Below are positions 28,381 through 36,755 of a DNA stretch of 64,000 bases, one piece after another. The translations under genes were made by a program, and so were the position numbers. Each line of letters begins with the position of its first letter. The first letter of the stretch is position 1. The DNA comes from a virus, in IMG/VR virus record IMGVR_UViG_3300017714_002439, one strand, 5' to 3'. The notes under the pieces are model-generated. The model was not told the DNA's origin. It did no database searches and was given only the letters and a program-made list of their open reading frames with translations.

Positions 28381-28437
28381 GCGGGATGCCGAAAGGGTCC
28401 CATAATTAACATCTTGCTTAAAAGGAGATAAAAGATG
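28381..28437 (+). promoter_or_regulatory. ROSE-like RNA thermometer in the hsp20 leader
   Basis: AUCUUGCU-UAAA-AGGAGAU hairpin with bulged G (UUGCU motif) pairing over the SD; upstream GGGA..GAAA..UCCC hairpin. Confidence 0.7.
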
Positions 28438-28875
28438 AAAACACTAACAACACTTGATCTAAATAAGATCACACCATATGCAGTTGGCTTTGACAGAATC
28501 ATTTCTGACATGTTCCAATATGCAGAAAATAACGTAGCAAGCACAGGCTACCCACCATATAACATTCGCAAAGAAGGTGACAAATTTCAAATTGAAATTG
28601 CACTTGCTGGAGTTACTAAAGAAGATTTAGATATTACAGCAGAAGGTGGAAAGCTAACAATCGCATACAATCCAGAAGAAATAGAACCAACAGTTGAAGA
28701 AGCAATGACTGAATGGTTACATAAAGGTATTGCACAGCGTAAGTTCAAACGTGTTTGGACATTATCTGATGATGTAGTTGTAAACGGTGCTAAAATGGAA
28801 AACGGAATGCTTTATATTGAATTAGAGCGTATCGTTCCAGAAGAAAAGAAAGCCCGTTCAATTAAAATCAAATAA
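28435..28875 (+). CDS. ibpA: Small heat-shock protein Hsp20 (IbpA-like)
   Basis: GFDRI, YPPYNI, IALAG, LHKGIAQRKF and MENGMLYIEL motifs. Confidence 0.93.
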   Translation: MKTLTTLDLNKITPYAVGFDRIISDMFQYAENNVASTGYPPYNIRKEGDKFQIEIALAGVTKEDLDITAEGGKLTIAYNPEEIEPTVEEAMTEWLHKGIAQRKFKRVWTLSDDVVVNGAKMENGMLYIELERIVPEEKKARSIKIK

Positions 28876-28940
28876 ATACTAACGTTAAAGGTGTAGGGGG
28901 TGTATCCCCTACACTGTAATTAAATACTATAAAGGTAAAC

Positions 28941-29240
28941 ATGGCACAGGAACAAGAACAAGTTGCAGAACGAACAAAACTTAAATCACCAAATAAATAT
29001 TTTGTGATATTTTTAAATGATAATGTAACACCTGTAGAATATGTAATACAGGTATTAACAACATTCTTTGGCAAAACATCTGAAGAAGCACATGATATTA
29101 CATTAGAAGTCCATGAAAACGGCAGATCAGTTGCTGGTGCATATAGCTATGAAGTAGCTGAACAAAAATGCATAGAAACAGTTACAGATGCAAGAAAACA
29201 TAGCTATCCACTCGATGTAGTTATGGAAGAATCAGTATAA
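28941..29240 (+). CDS. clpS: Clp protease adaptor ClpS
   Basis: VIFLNDNVTPVEYV, LEVHENG.SVAG.Y.YEVAE and YPL motifs. Confidence 0.9.
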   Translation: MAQEQEQVAERTKLKSPNKYFVIFLNDNVTPVEYVIQVLTTFFGKTSEEAHDITLEVHENGRSVAGAYSYEVAEQKCIETVTDARKHSYPLDVVMEESV

Positions 29241-29249
29241 CAAAACCAC

Positions 29250-29278
29250 TTGACAATTTAGAATTTTGATGTTATAAT
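29250..29278 (+). promoter_or_regulatory. Sigma70 consensus promoter
   Basis: TTGACA-17 nt-TATAAT. Confidence 0.8.
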
Positions 29279-29304
29279 AGATATAACAAATGAGGTATTC
29301 TGAC

Positions 29305-29640
29305 ATGAAAGTAAACATTAATGATATACAAGGTGAAATAGCCAAACAAGATGAACGTTATACAGTAACGGATAATAAAACTCTTAACAATTTAGTTCTT
29401 AGTTCCACAAGATTAAATCCAACATGTTCAACAAATGGGCATAGCCATAGTGGACAAGAAGAAATTTACTTCTTTGTAGAAGGTTCAGGTAAAATGGAGT
29501 TAGGCGAAGAAACTATTATTTTTGTTGAAGGTGACGTAATTTTAATACCAGATGGAATATTTCATAAAGTTATAGCAGGACCACTAGGAGCATATTTTGT
29601 ATGTGTATTTGATGGAAAGAGATATGATCATGGAAAATAA
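29305..29640 (+). CDS. Cupin-domain protein
   Basis: GHSHSGQEEIYFFVEGSG and IPDGIFHKV cupin motifs; GAGGT RBS supports start 29305. Confidence 0.85.
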   Translation: MKVNINDIQGEIAKQDERYTVTDNKTLNNLVLSSTRLNPTCSTNGHSHSGQEEIYFFVEGSGKMELGEETIIFVEGDVILIPDGIFHKVIAGPLGAYFVCVFDGKRYDHGK

Positions 29641-30061
29641 TAAAACAGTTGGGTTCACATGTAGCACCTTTGATTTATTACATGCAGGACATATCGGCAT
29701 GCTGAGAGAAGCAAAAGCAAACTGTGATTATTTAATTGTGGGATTGCAAAGTGATCCTACTATTGATAGACCTGACACAAAAAATAAACCAATACAAACA
29801 ATGGTAGAACGTTATGCACAACTTAATGCATTACATTTAGTTGATGAAATTGTTCCATATCAAACAGAAAAAGACCTAATTGATATACTAGAGTTATTTG
29901 CAATTGATGTAAGATTTTTAGGCGAAGAATATAGAGAAAAAGAATTTACTGGAAAAGATGTATGTCGCAAACGTGGAATAGAATTACATTTTAATAAACG
30001 TGATCATAGATTTAGCACAAGTGATTTAAGAAAACGTGTTTGCGAAAAGGAAACTAAATGA
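29630..30061 (+). CDS. Cytidylyltransferase (TagD-like)
   Basis: STFDLLHAGH (HxGH), VGLQSD and FSTSDLR motifs. Confidence 0.88.
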   Translation: MENNKTVGFTCSTFDLLHAGHIGMLREAKANCDYLIVGLQSDPTIDRPDTKNKPIQTMVERYAQLNALHLVDEIVPYQTEKDLIDILELFAIDVRFLGEEYREKEFTGKDVCRKRGIELHFNKRDHRFSTSDLRKRVCEKETK

Positions 30062-30597
30062 CAATACATGCAATGATTGATTTGGAAACATTAGGCACTT
30101 CGCCCGATTGTGCCGTGTTAACTATTGGCGGTGTTAAGTTTAATCCCAATGCTGTATCAGAACCATATCAGCCTTTTTATTATAGGTTTAATGTAGACGA
30201 ACAATTAGAAAAAGGTCGCACAGTATTAGATAGCACATTAGAATGGTGGGGCAAACAAGAAGAAAGTGTGCGTAACGAAGCACTTGGTGATGAGAATAGA
30301 ACACCTGTTCTAGAAGTATTACAAGCACTAAACAAATGGTGTGTGGGTGTTGATACTATTTGGTGTCAAGGACCTGCATTTGATATTGTAATATTAGAGA
30401 GCATGTTTAAAGAATACAAACATCATATACCTTGGCCGTTTTGGAAGATACGTGATAGCAGAACGCTGTTTGGTATTATGCCAGTAGACCCACGTAAAGC
30501 AATTAATTTTGCGGCCCACAATGCATTAGAAGATTGTAAAGTCCAAGCATTGTGTGTTCAGCAAACACTACAAAAGTTACAACTGGAGGTTAGGTAG
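30058..30597 (+). CDS. DEDDh 3'-5' exonuclease (DexA/Rv2179c-like)
   Basis: MIDLETLG, GPAFD, IRDSRT and HNALED motifs. Confidence 0.85.
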   Translation: MTIHAMIDLETLGTSPDCAVLTIGGVKFNPNAVSEPYQPFYYRFNVDEQLEKGRTVLDSTLEWWGKQEESVRNEALGDENRTPVLEVLQALNKWCVGVDTIWCQGPAFDIVILESMFKEYKHHIPWPFWKIRDSRTLFGIMPVDPRKAINFAAHNALEDCKVQALCVQQTLQKLQLEVR

Positions 30598-30846
30598 ATG
30601 TTACATACTGTAGAAGCACTAATAGATAAAATTAAAGTAATGCACGATAAAGCAATTATACTACACAGGCTTCGAAACCAGTATTCAGAATCTGCAGATA
30701 AAACATACGATAAAAAACAGTGCCAATTAATAATTGATGATATACAGGCACTAGCACTTCTTATTGCTAACGATAAGCAAGGAACTGAAATTAAAACAGA
30801 GATGGAATATAAGAAGTTTATAAAGGATCAAATAGATGAGAATTGA
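30598..30846 (+). CDS. Hypothetical protein
   Basis: GGAGG RBS; coupled to both neighbours. Confidence 0.65.
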   Translation: MLHTVEALIDKIKVMHDKAIILHRLRNQYSESADKTYDKKQCQLIIDDIQALALLIANDKQGTEIKTEMEYKKFIKDQIDEN

Positions 30847-31972
30847 AGAAGATCAAAAATTAGATTACAGTGACGTGCTTATTCGTCCTAAACGTAGCAC
30901 ATTAGGTTCACGCAAAGAAGTAGACTTGGAACGTGGATTTACATTTCGTAATACCGCATCACCAAAACATGAAAATAATCGACACTATCGTGGCGTTCCA
31001 CTTATGGCAAGTAACATGGACGGTGTTGGAACATTTGAAATGGCAGATGAATTAGCAAGTCAAAAGATTATGACTTGTTTGGTTAAAACTTATAGTGTAG
31101 AACATTTAGCGGCATACTTTGGAACAGATAGTAAAGAACGCAGAGATTATGTAGCAATGAGTATTGGCATTACAGACAAAGATGCTGATAAATTTTCTCA
31201 AGTATATGAACAAGCAAGTAAAGGTTTAAAGTATGTATGCATTGATGTAGCTAACGGATACAGTGAAAGATTTGGTAATTTTGTGAGAAAGTTTAGAAAA
31301 CAATATCCAAATACAGTAATTATAGCAGGTAATGTAGTTACCGGAGAAATGACAGAGGAGTTAATTTTAAATGGAGCAGATATTGTTAAAGTGGGTATTG
31401 GTCCCGGGTCTGTTTGCACTACTAGGATACAAACTGGTGTGGGATATCCGCAGTTATCGGCGGTCATCGAATGTGCCGACGCAGCACACGGACTTGGTGG
31501 TCACGTCATTGCTGATGGTGGGTGCAGTTGCCCTGGAGATATCGCTAAAGCCTTTGCCGGAGGGGCAGATTTTGTTATGCTTGGTGGCATGCTTGCTGGC
31601 CATGATGAAGGCGGCGGGGAAATTGTAACAAAACATATTGCCACAGGCGGAGCATATAAAACACCCGAAGGAACATTTATTCCTTATTTTGAAGAACAAA
31701 ATTTTATAGCATTTTATGGCATGAGTTCAGATGCGGCTAACACAAAACACTTTGGTGGATTAAAAGATTATCGTGCAAGTGAAGGTCGTGAAGTATTAGT
31801 GCCCTATCGTGGAGTAGTTGCAAATACAATACAAACTATATTAGGTGGAGTTAGAAGTTCTTGCACCTATGCTGGTGCTAAACGATTAAAACATCTTATG
31901 CGTTGTGCAACTTTTGTAAAAGTTAATAATCAGTTTAATCGCACCTATGAGAATACCACAACTAAATCGTAA
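30836..31972 (+). CDS. guaC: GMP reductase
   Basis: [44 protein letters not shown] and YRASEG motifs. Confidence 0.95.
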   Translation: MRIEEDQKLDYSDVLIRPKRSTLGSRKEVDLERGFTFRNTASPKHENNRHYRGVPLMASNMDGVGTFEMADELASQKIMTCLVKTYSVEHLAAYFGTDSKERRDYVAMSIGITDKDADKFSQVYEQASKGLKYVCIDVANGYSERFGNFVRKFRKQYPNTVIIAGNVVTGEMTEELILNGADIVKVGIGPGSVCTTRIQTGVGYPQLSAVIECADAAHGLGGHVIADGGCSCPGDIAKAFAGGADFVMLGGMLAGHDEGGGEIVTKHIATGGAYKTPEGTFIPYFEEQNFIAFYGMSSDAANTKHFGGLKDYRASEGREVLVPYRGVVANTIQTILGGVRSSCTYAGAKRLKHLMRCATFVKVNNQFNRTYENTTTKS

Positions 31973-32049
31973 AGAGCTATGCATTTTAAACATAGCGTCT
32001 TTGCAAACAATAAGTAGGTGTTTTACGGTTATCATTGATAAATAAAAGT

Positions 32050-32270
32050 GTATTAGAAATAACACACCGTTGTGTTATTATTTACATATACAACGTAGTA
32101 TAGAGCGACCTCGGCTCAGAAAAAAAGAGCGGCAGTTAGTGCCACGCTAACTGACTCTGGGAAAGACCAGGGCATAACCCATGCCTTACAAGCGATACAT
32201 TATGAGGTATCGTGGTAGCGGCCAGGAGAGACTGGCAAACAACGGATGCTTTCCCAAAAACATCCCATAT
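32050..32270 (+). ncRNA. Candidate multi-hairpin structured RNA or long leader
   Basis: After TAAATA (32039-44), at least seven hairpins read directly from the sequence; GC-rich; no plausible ORF. Confidence 0.6.
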
Positions 32271-32292
32271 ATAACTTATTAAGGAGAATCCA

Positions 32293-32481
32293 ATGACCAA
32301 TTTTTTTGGTGCATGGGCAGAGCTCTTCAACGGCACACGTAGAACTCGTGTGAAATATGAGGCTGATCTGCTTACCTATGCAAAAACAGAATATACAAAA
32401 GACTGGCAGTATGCATACCAGTATATGTTAACACACGATGGCAAAGGGCCACACCAATATAGAGGTGACTACAGCAAATGA
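32293..32481 (+). CDS. Small hypothetical protein
   Basis: AAGGAG RBS; LLTYAKTEY..DWQYAY motif. Confidence 0.7.
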   Translation: MTNFFGAWAELFNGTRRTRVKYEADLLTYAKTEYTKDWQYAYQYMLTHDGKGPHQYRGDYSK

Positions 32482-32648
32482 TTAAAAGATTACTTAAGAT
32501 GGCAAGATTGTCAACACTAACAAAAGAAGAAAAATACTTAGCTAGTTCATGTGACTTAGTTGAGCTTGAAAGACGTCAAAGAGAATTGCAAAAAGGGTCT
32601 GCTCCATGGCAGGCAGTTGCAAACAAGAATTTAAGAGGATGGGTATAA
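32478..32648 (+). CDS. DUF3563-like small protein (56 aa), not in the ORF track
   Basis: EKYLASSCDLVELERRQREL resembles the family pattern; ATGA and TAATG coupling on both sides. Confidence 0.65.
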   Translation: MIKRLLKMARLSTLTKEEKYLASSCDLVELERRQRELQKGSAPWQAVANKNLRGWV

Positions 32649-32854
32649 TGACTACATTAACACACAAAACATGGGACCTAACATGTGGAGTATGTGTAGC
32701 AATCCGTAATGTATTAATTGCATTTTGGGTTGGTTGCATCGCAATGGGCGAATCAGCCGGTAGAGCAAGAGCCGCCGCTGAATTACACAGACAAGGTTAC
32801 ACAAAAGAAGCAAAAAAATTAATGACTGGGAGATATATAGATGAAGATTATTAG
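32648..32854 (+). CDS. Small hypothetical protein
   Basis: Start trimmed to MTTLTHK (TAATG coupling); GESAGRARAAAEL motif. Confidence 0.65.
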   Translation: MTTLTHKTWDLTCGVCVAIRNVLIAFWVGCIAMGESAGRARAAAELHRQGYTKEAKKLMTGRYIDEDY

Positions 32855-33023
32855 AGCATTTAAAAATTTCCTAAGAACAGATGAAACAGTTTGTATGAAA
32901 ACATACAATCAGTTACATAACATGACAGACCGTGATTTACAAGATATAGGAATATGCAGAGGAGATATCAAACGAGTGGCCAGCTCAAAACCTGATACTT
33001 TTGAACGTAGATCTAGATTTTAG
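32841..33023 (+). CDS. DUF1127 (YjiS-like) small protein
   Basis: QLHNMTDRDLQDIGICRGDI matches the L..L.D..L.DIG..R.DI signature. Confidence 0.8.
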   Translation: MKIIRAFKNFLRTDETVCMKTYNQLHNMTDRDLQDIGICRGDIKRVASSKPDTFERRSRF

Positions 33024-33059
33024 ATAATTACAAACATGGAATGCTTATAGTATTCCTGC

Positions 33060-33126
33060 AAAACCGCTTACAAGCATTCGTTGGAGCCGATATTTACTGT
33101 GCCCAAGTTGTTTGAAGCGGTTTTTT
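33060..33126 (+). terminator. Long hairpin or intrinsic terminator closing the small-protein operon
   Basis: AAAACCGCTT...AAGCGGTTTT 10-bp stem with internal pairing, followed by a T run. Confidence 0.6.
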
Positions 33127-33148
33127 ATTATATGTAGTTTTAATTGGC

Positions 33149-33159
33149 TAAATACTATT
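33149..33159 (+). promoter_or_regulatory. TAAATA-N5 leaderless late promoter
   Basis: TAAATA ctatt ATG(33160). Confidence 0.6.
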
Positions 33160-34128
33160 ATGAGTAAAGTCAATCTAATACCACAGTTAATTTCAAAACT
33201 ATCTGAAGCAACTTCGCAAGAACAAAAGTATAAGATAGTAAAGAAGTATGAAAAAGAAACACTTTTTAAGCGTATTCTTTTATTTTCATACAATCCTTGG
33301 ATAAATTTTAAATTACAACACTTTGTTCCAAAACATATGGGTAAAAAGTTTGGTATGGGTATGAGTAGATTTATGCATATGTTTGAAGAAATTATTGCTG
33401 GAAAACTAGATCCCAAAGATGCAGAGTTTGGATTTAATATGGCATTTTTACATGTTAATACAGAAGAAGCACCTATTTTGTTAGGTATAATCAATCAATC
33501 ATTAGATGTTGGATTAGAAATAGAAACAATTAATAGAGTTTGGCCAAACTCTATATCAGACTATCCATTACGAACAGCTAAAGCAGGAAAACATAAAGAC
33601 TTTACTAACTTTCCAGCATCTATACAAACAGTAAGTAAAGGTTTACGAGTTAATATTATTGTTACAGATAACACAGTTCAATATAGACAAAAAGATGGAA
33701 CTGTAATAGAAGGTTGGGATTGTTGGAATGAACAATTTCTTAATTTAGCACAAGGGCAAGGAACCGTGTTTGACGGGCATGCCGTAATTGCAGAAAACAA
33801 TAAAATAGCAGAAACAGACAATACTAAAGTATTAGAATCTGATGCAGAAAATATTAGATTTATATTTTGGGATGTAATACGTTATGATGGATTTATTTCC
33901 GGAAAAGATACTCGTATAGGTTATAACTGGCGTTACAATGGACTTGAGCATATGATGATGTTAGCATATGCTAAAAACCCAAAACCATGTTATGATATAT
34001 TAAAAGCAGAATTAGTAGGATCACAAGAACAGCTAGATACAGCAATAAAGAATTACAGCAAGGCAGTTATTAGATCTTTAGATGATACATGGAGTAATGG
34101 TGAAAGTGATGGTGAAATTATTTGCTAG
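33160..34128 (+). CDS. ATP-dependent DNA ligase paralogue (T4 gp30-like N-terminal and adenylation domains), predicted inactive
   Basis: INRVWP, FPASIQTVSKGLR (compare FPAFAQLKADGAR), FDGHAV and FWDVI; no OB domain. Confidence 0.7.
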   Translation: MSKVNLIPQLISKLSEATSQEQKYKIVKKYEKETLFKRILLFSYNPWINFKLQHFVPKHMGKKFGMGMSRFMHMFEEIIAGKLDPKDAEFGFNMAFLHVNTEEAPILLGIINQSLDVGLEIETINRVWPNSISDYPLRTAKAGKHKDFTNFPASIQTVSKGLRVNIIVTDNTVQYRQKDGTVIEGWDCWNEQFLNLAQGQGTVFDGHAVIAENNKIAETDNTKVLESDAENIRFIFWDVIRYDGFISGKDTRIGYNWRYNGLEHMMMLAYAKNPKPCYDILKAELVGSQEQLDTAIKNYSKAVIRSLDDTWSNGESDGEIIC

Positions 34129-34444
34129 AAGTAGGTGGGCTTATAATTTGTTCTAGTCTATGGTTTTGTATTTTAGTATTTTTAATATAACGCCATACTT
34201 TACCACGACCATTGTCAATTTCAAATGTAGTTTCTGAATAGCCTATACTAATAATAGTAGCACGTTCTCCATCTAAGTATACTACATCACCTGGCTCAAA
34301 TCCAGGTTTCATTTTCCAGCGTATACTAGCTACTAAATCTCCTACAAGTTCTTTGAACCATAGAGCAATTACACCTGATATAAGCAATGCTAATGCAGGT
34401 GTTAGGTATGTTGTAATGCTTTGTTCTACTATAGCGGTATCCAT
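34118..34444 (-). CDS. Small membrane protein with MscS beta-domain-like segment
   Basis: One TM helix followed by FEPGDVVYLDG..IISIG..T..IKN. Confidence 0.55.
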   Translation of the reverse strand: MDTAIVEQSITTYLTPALALLISGVIALWFKELVGDLVASIRWKMKPGFEPGDVVYLDGERATIISIGYSETTFEIDNGRGKVWRYIKNTKIQNHRLEQIISPPTSSK

Positions 34445-34455
34445 ATTACTATTTA
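34445..34455 (-). promoter_or_regulatory. TAAATA-N5 leaderless late promoter
   Basis: Minus strand TAAATA gtaat ATG(34444). Confidence 0.6.
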
Positions 34456-34495
34456 TGCAATGTATAAATATATATGTAGTTAACTAGGAAATAAA

Positions 34496-35296
34496 ATGAG
34501 AATAGCACTTTGTATAGCAGGAGAAACTAGAGATTATAATGATCACTTTGGACCTGATACAATCATAACACACTTAATGGAAAATGGACACACTGTTGAT
34601 GTATATGGACACACATGGAGCCATTGTGAAAAACCAGTTCAAGATGTTTTTAAATTTAAAAGATTACTTATAGAAGATCAGCTTAAGATAGTAGGAGATT
34701 GGGTTAATGTAAATCCACAACAACGACAATTTTCATATTGGGATAATGAGAATAATTGCGAAGGACCATTAGAAGATATAGATGTTACAAGAGCAAAAAT
34801 AGGACAGCATATTAGTGGATTAAGATGTTTACAAATGCCAGAAACAAATGATTATGATGCGTTTATTAGATGGCGATGGGATTTAAAACTAGAATGGGAC
34901 CAACATTGGATCAACCGAAAATTAGCAAATATCTATAGTCAAGATGATAAAAATAAAGTGGTAAAACTCATGTTTGATCAATGGATAGATTATCTAGAAA
35001 CTAAAAATGACCTACCAGTAGTCCTTACGGATGGATATGGATGGGTTGGACAATATAATTGGACAATTCAAGATACCCATTTTTATTTAAATAAAGTAGC
35101 ACATAGAAATATAAAAAATCTTAATTGGGAAACAGCAATTGAAAAAGTATGGAATGAAACATGTAAATGTTCTTATCATATGCTATGGAATCATTTATTA
35201 ATAAGAGCAGCAAAATGCATGATAAGACAACCAATGCCCAACGTGACAGTATTCACAAAGACGGAAAGACATAAACAAAATGAGTTACATAGATAA
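34496..35296 (+). CDS. Hypothetical protein, possibly glycosyltransferase-like
   Basis: MRIALCIAGETR, VYGHTW and FIRWRWD resemble a phage family with a K/RIA.C.SG..R N-terminus. Confidence 0.55.
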   Translation: MRIALCIAGETRDYNDHFGPDTIITHLMENGHTVDVYGHTWSHCEKPVQDVFKFKRLLIEDQLKIVGDWVNVNPQQRQFSYWDNENNCEGPLEDIDVTRAKIGQHISGLRCLQMPETNDYDAFIRWRWDLKLEWDQHWINRKLANIYSQDDKNKVVKLMFDQWIDYLETKNDLPVVLTDGYGWVGQYNWTIQDTHFYLNKVAHRNIKNLNWETAIEKVWNETCKCSYHMLWNHLLIRAAKCMIRQPMPNVTVFTKTERHKQNELHR

Positions 35297-36089
35297 TTGT
35301 AAAAAATATAGGCAAGATATTATAGACAGATTTGAACCTGCATATGTCATAGAAAAGTTTTTCTCAGAAGATGAAATACAAACTTTAATGGATTATCAGT
35401 TTCAAAATGCAAAGCGTGTAAAAGCAAGACCTACAAGTTGTAATATACAAAGTGTTGTTAGTATGCAACGTTTGTTTAGAGATAATCCTTGGTTAACAGA
35501 TAAATTTACAGAGGCAATAGGCGAGTTTGATGATAATTCACAAACCGGTAACTATTATATTACAAACCAATTACATGATGCACACGTAGATTTAATAAGC
35601 GAAGAAGAAGTTAAAAATGATGAGTATTGGACAATACACTCACATGATGAACACATACCAGTTACAAATAATATTATACCTTGGAAAAGTGTAGTGTTTC
35701 CATTGTTCTTATCATACGAAGCAGATTGTTATACAGCTTATATGGATCAACGTAGAATAGGATATGCAACAACGTTTGACAGAGATTATTTAACTGAACA
35801 AGCAGATAGTAGTTATACATTAGCCAGAAATTACGAAGGCTTTATAGATATAAATGGTAATCCATTACCAAGCACAAATGACAGCCCAGGCTGGACAGAA
35901 GAAAAGTATCCATTAATAAGTAAAAGAAACTTTAGTGGATTTAGTGAAGAAGCAATATTTAGACAAGTAACAGGTGATGTTATGGTGTTTGATGCATGCC
36001 AAATTCACGCTAGTTGTCAACTTCCAAACACAGAAGATCGTTGGATGAAAAATGGCATGAATATTCAATTTTACAAGTCGGTTGAATAA
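35280..36089 (+). CDS. Putative 2OG-Fe(II) oxygenase-like protein, paralogue of 12518
   Basis: YYITNQLHDAHVDL and FDACQIHASC. Confidence 0.5.
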   Translation: MSYIDNCKKYRQDIIDRFEPAYVIEKFFSEDEIQTLMDYQFQNAKRVKARPTSCNIQSVVSMQRLFRDNPWLTDKFTEAIGEFDDNSQTGNYYITNQLHDAHVDLISEEEVKNDEYWTIHSHDEHIPVTNNIIPWKSVVFPLFLSYEADCYTAYMDQRRIGYATTFDRDYLTEQADSSYTLARNYEGFIDINGNPLPSTNDSPGWTEEKYPLISKRNFSGFSEEAIFRQVTGDVMVFDACQIHASCQLPNTEDRWMKNGMNIQFYKSVE

Positions 36090-36137
36090 ATACATTTGTA
36101 GATATAATCTACCAGTAAACCACAAAGGAGAACTAAT

Positions 36138-36500
36138 ATGTATCACACAGAATCAATGATCCAAATGATGGAAGATATGCAACGTCAAGCAGCTGAAATG
36201 GAAAAGAATGTTAAAGACATGATGGAAATGGAAGGCAGAGCATGGGGCATAGAACTAGATAAGCGTAAAAATGCACGTGACCTAATGCATGAATTAATGG
36301 AAGCACAACAATCAGCACAAAATCCAACTGATATGACATGGGCATATGTGCCACATGACATAGTAGAATATGATTGTGAGCCACAAGAATGGGGCAATGA
36401 TATGCACTCACCATGGAACGGATTAGACGGACAAATGCTAACAGAGTCTGATTTATGGCACGAAGGTGGCGACATGGATGGCCACGAAGACCACGAGTAA
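36138..36500 (+). CDS. Acidic Met-rich hypothetical protein
   Basis: AAGGAG RBS; 15 Met in 120 aa; terminator follows. Confidence 0.7.
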   Translation: MYHTESMIQMMEDMQRQAAEMEKNVKDMMEMEGRAWGIELDKRKNARDLMHELMEAQQSAQNPTDMTWAYVPHDIVEYDCEPQEWGNDMHSPWNGLDGQMLTESDLWHEGGDMDGHEDHE

Positions 36501-36512
36501 ATTATTAAATAG

Positions 36513-36535
36513 AAAGGTGCTTCAGGCACCTTTTT
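36513..36535 (+). terminator. Intrinsic terminator
   Basis: AAAGGTGC-ttcag-GCACCTTT followed by TT. Confidence 0.75.
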
Positions 36536-36553
36536 AAGTGGAAGGAAAGTCCA

Positions 36554-36754
36554 ATGACCAAGTTCACAGAACTAAGTGACCAAGATCTATACTATATAGA
36601 AAAACTATTGGGACAAGAATTGGGTAAAGAAATTGAAGCTCGAAAAACATGGAATGATCCAATTAAAGAAGGTAAACCAAGTCAAATAAGAACATGCATA
36701 AATGCAGTTCGCAGTCTAAGAACTACAAATAAATTAAAATCTGAAAAATGGTAA
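36554..36754 (+). CDS. Small hypothetical protein
   Basis: GGAAGG RBS; 66 aa. Confidence 0.55.
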   Translation: MTKFTELSDQDLYYIEKLLGQELGKEIEARKTWNDPIKEGKPSQIRTCINAVRSLRTTNKLKSEKW

Positions 36755-36755
36755 A

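Noticed and set aside
28890-28915. GTGTAGGGG/CCCCTACAC hairpin between hsp20 and clpS
   Set aside because: Strong stem but no U tract on either strand, so not called a terminator; it may be a stability element, with no further evidence.
32150-32240. CUCUGGGAAAGACC and CAGGAGAG resemble glycine riboswitch or RNase P segments
   Set aside because: The other required elements (CCGAAG...CAGG aptamer core; RNase P P4 partner strand) are absent.
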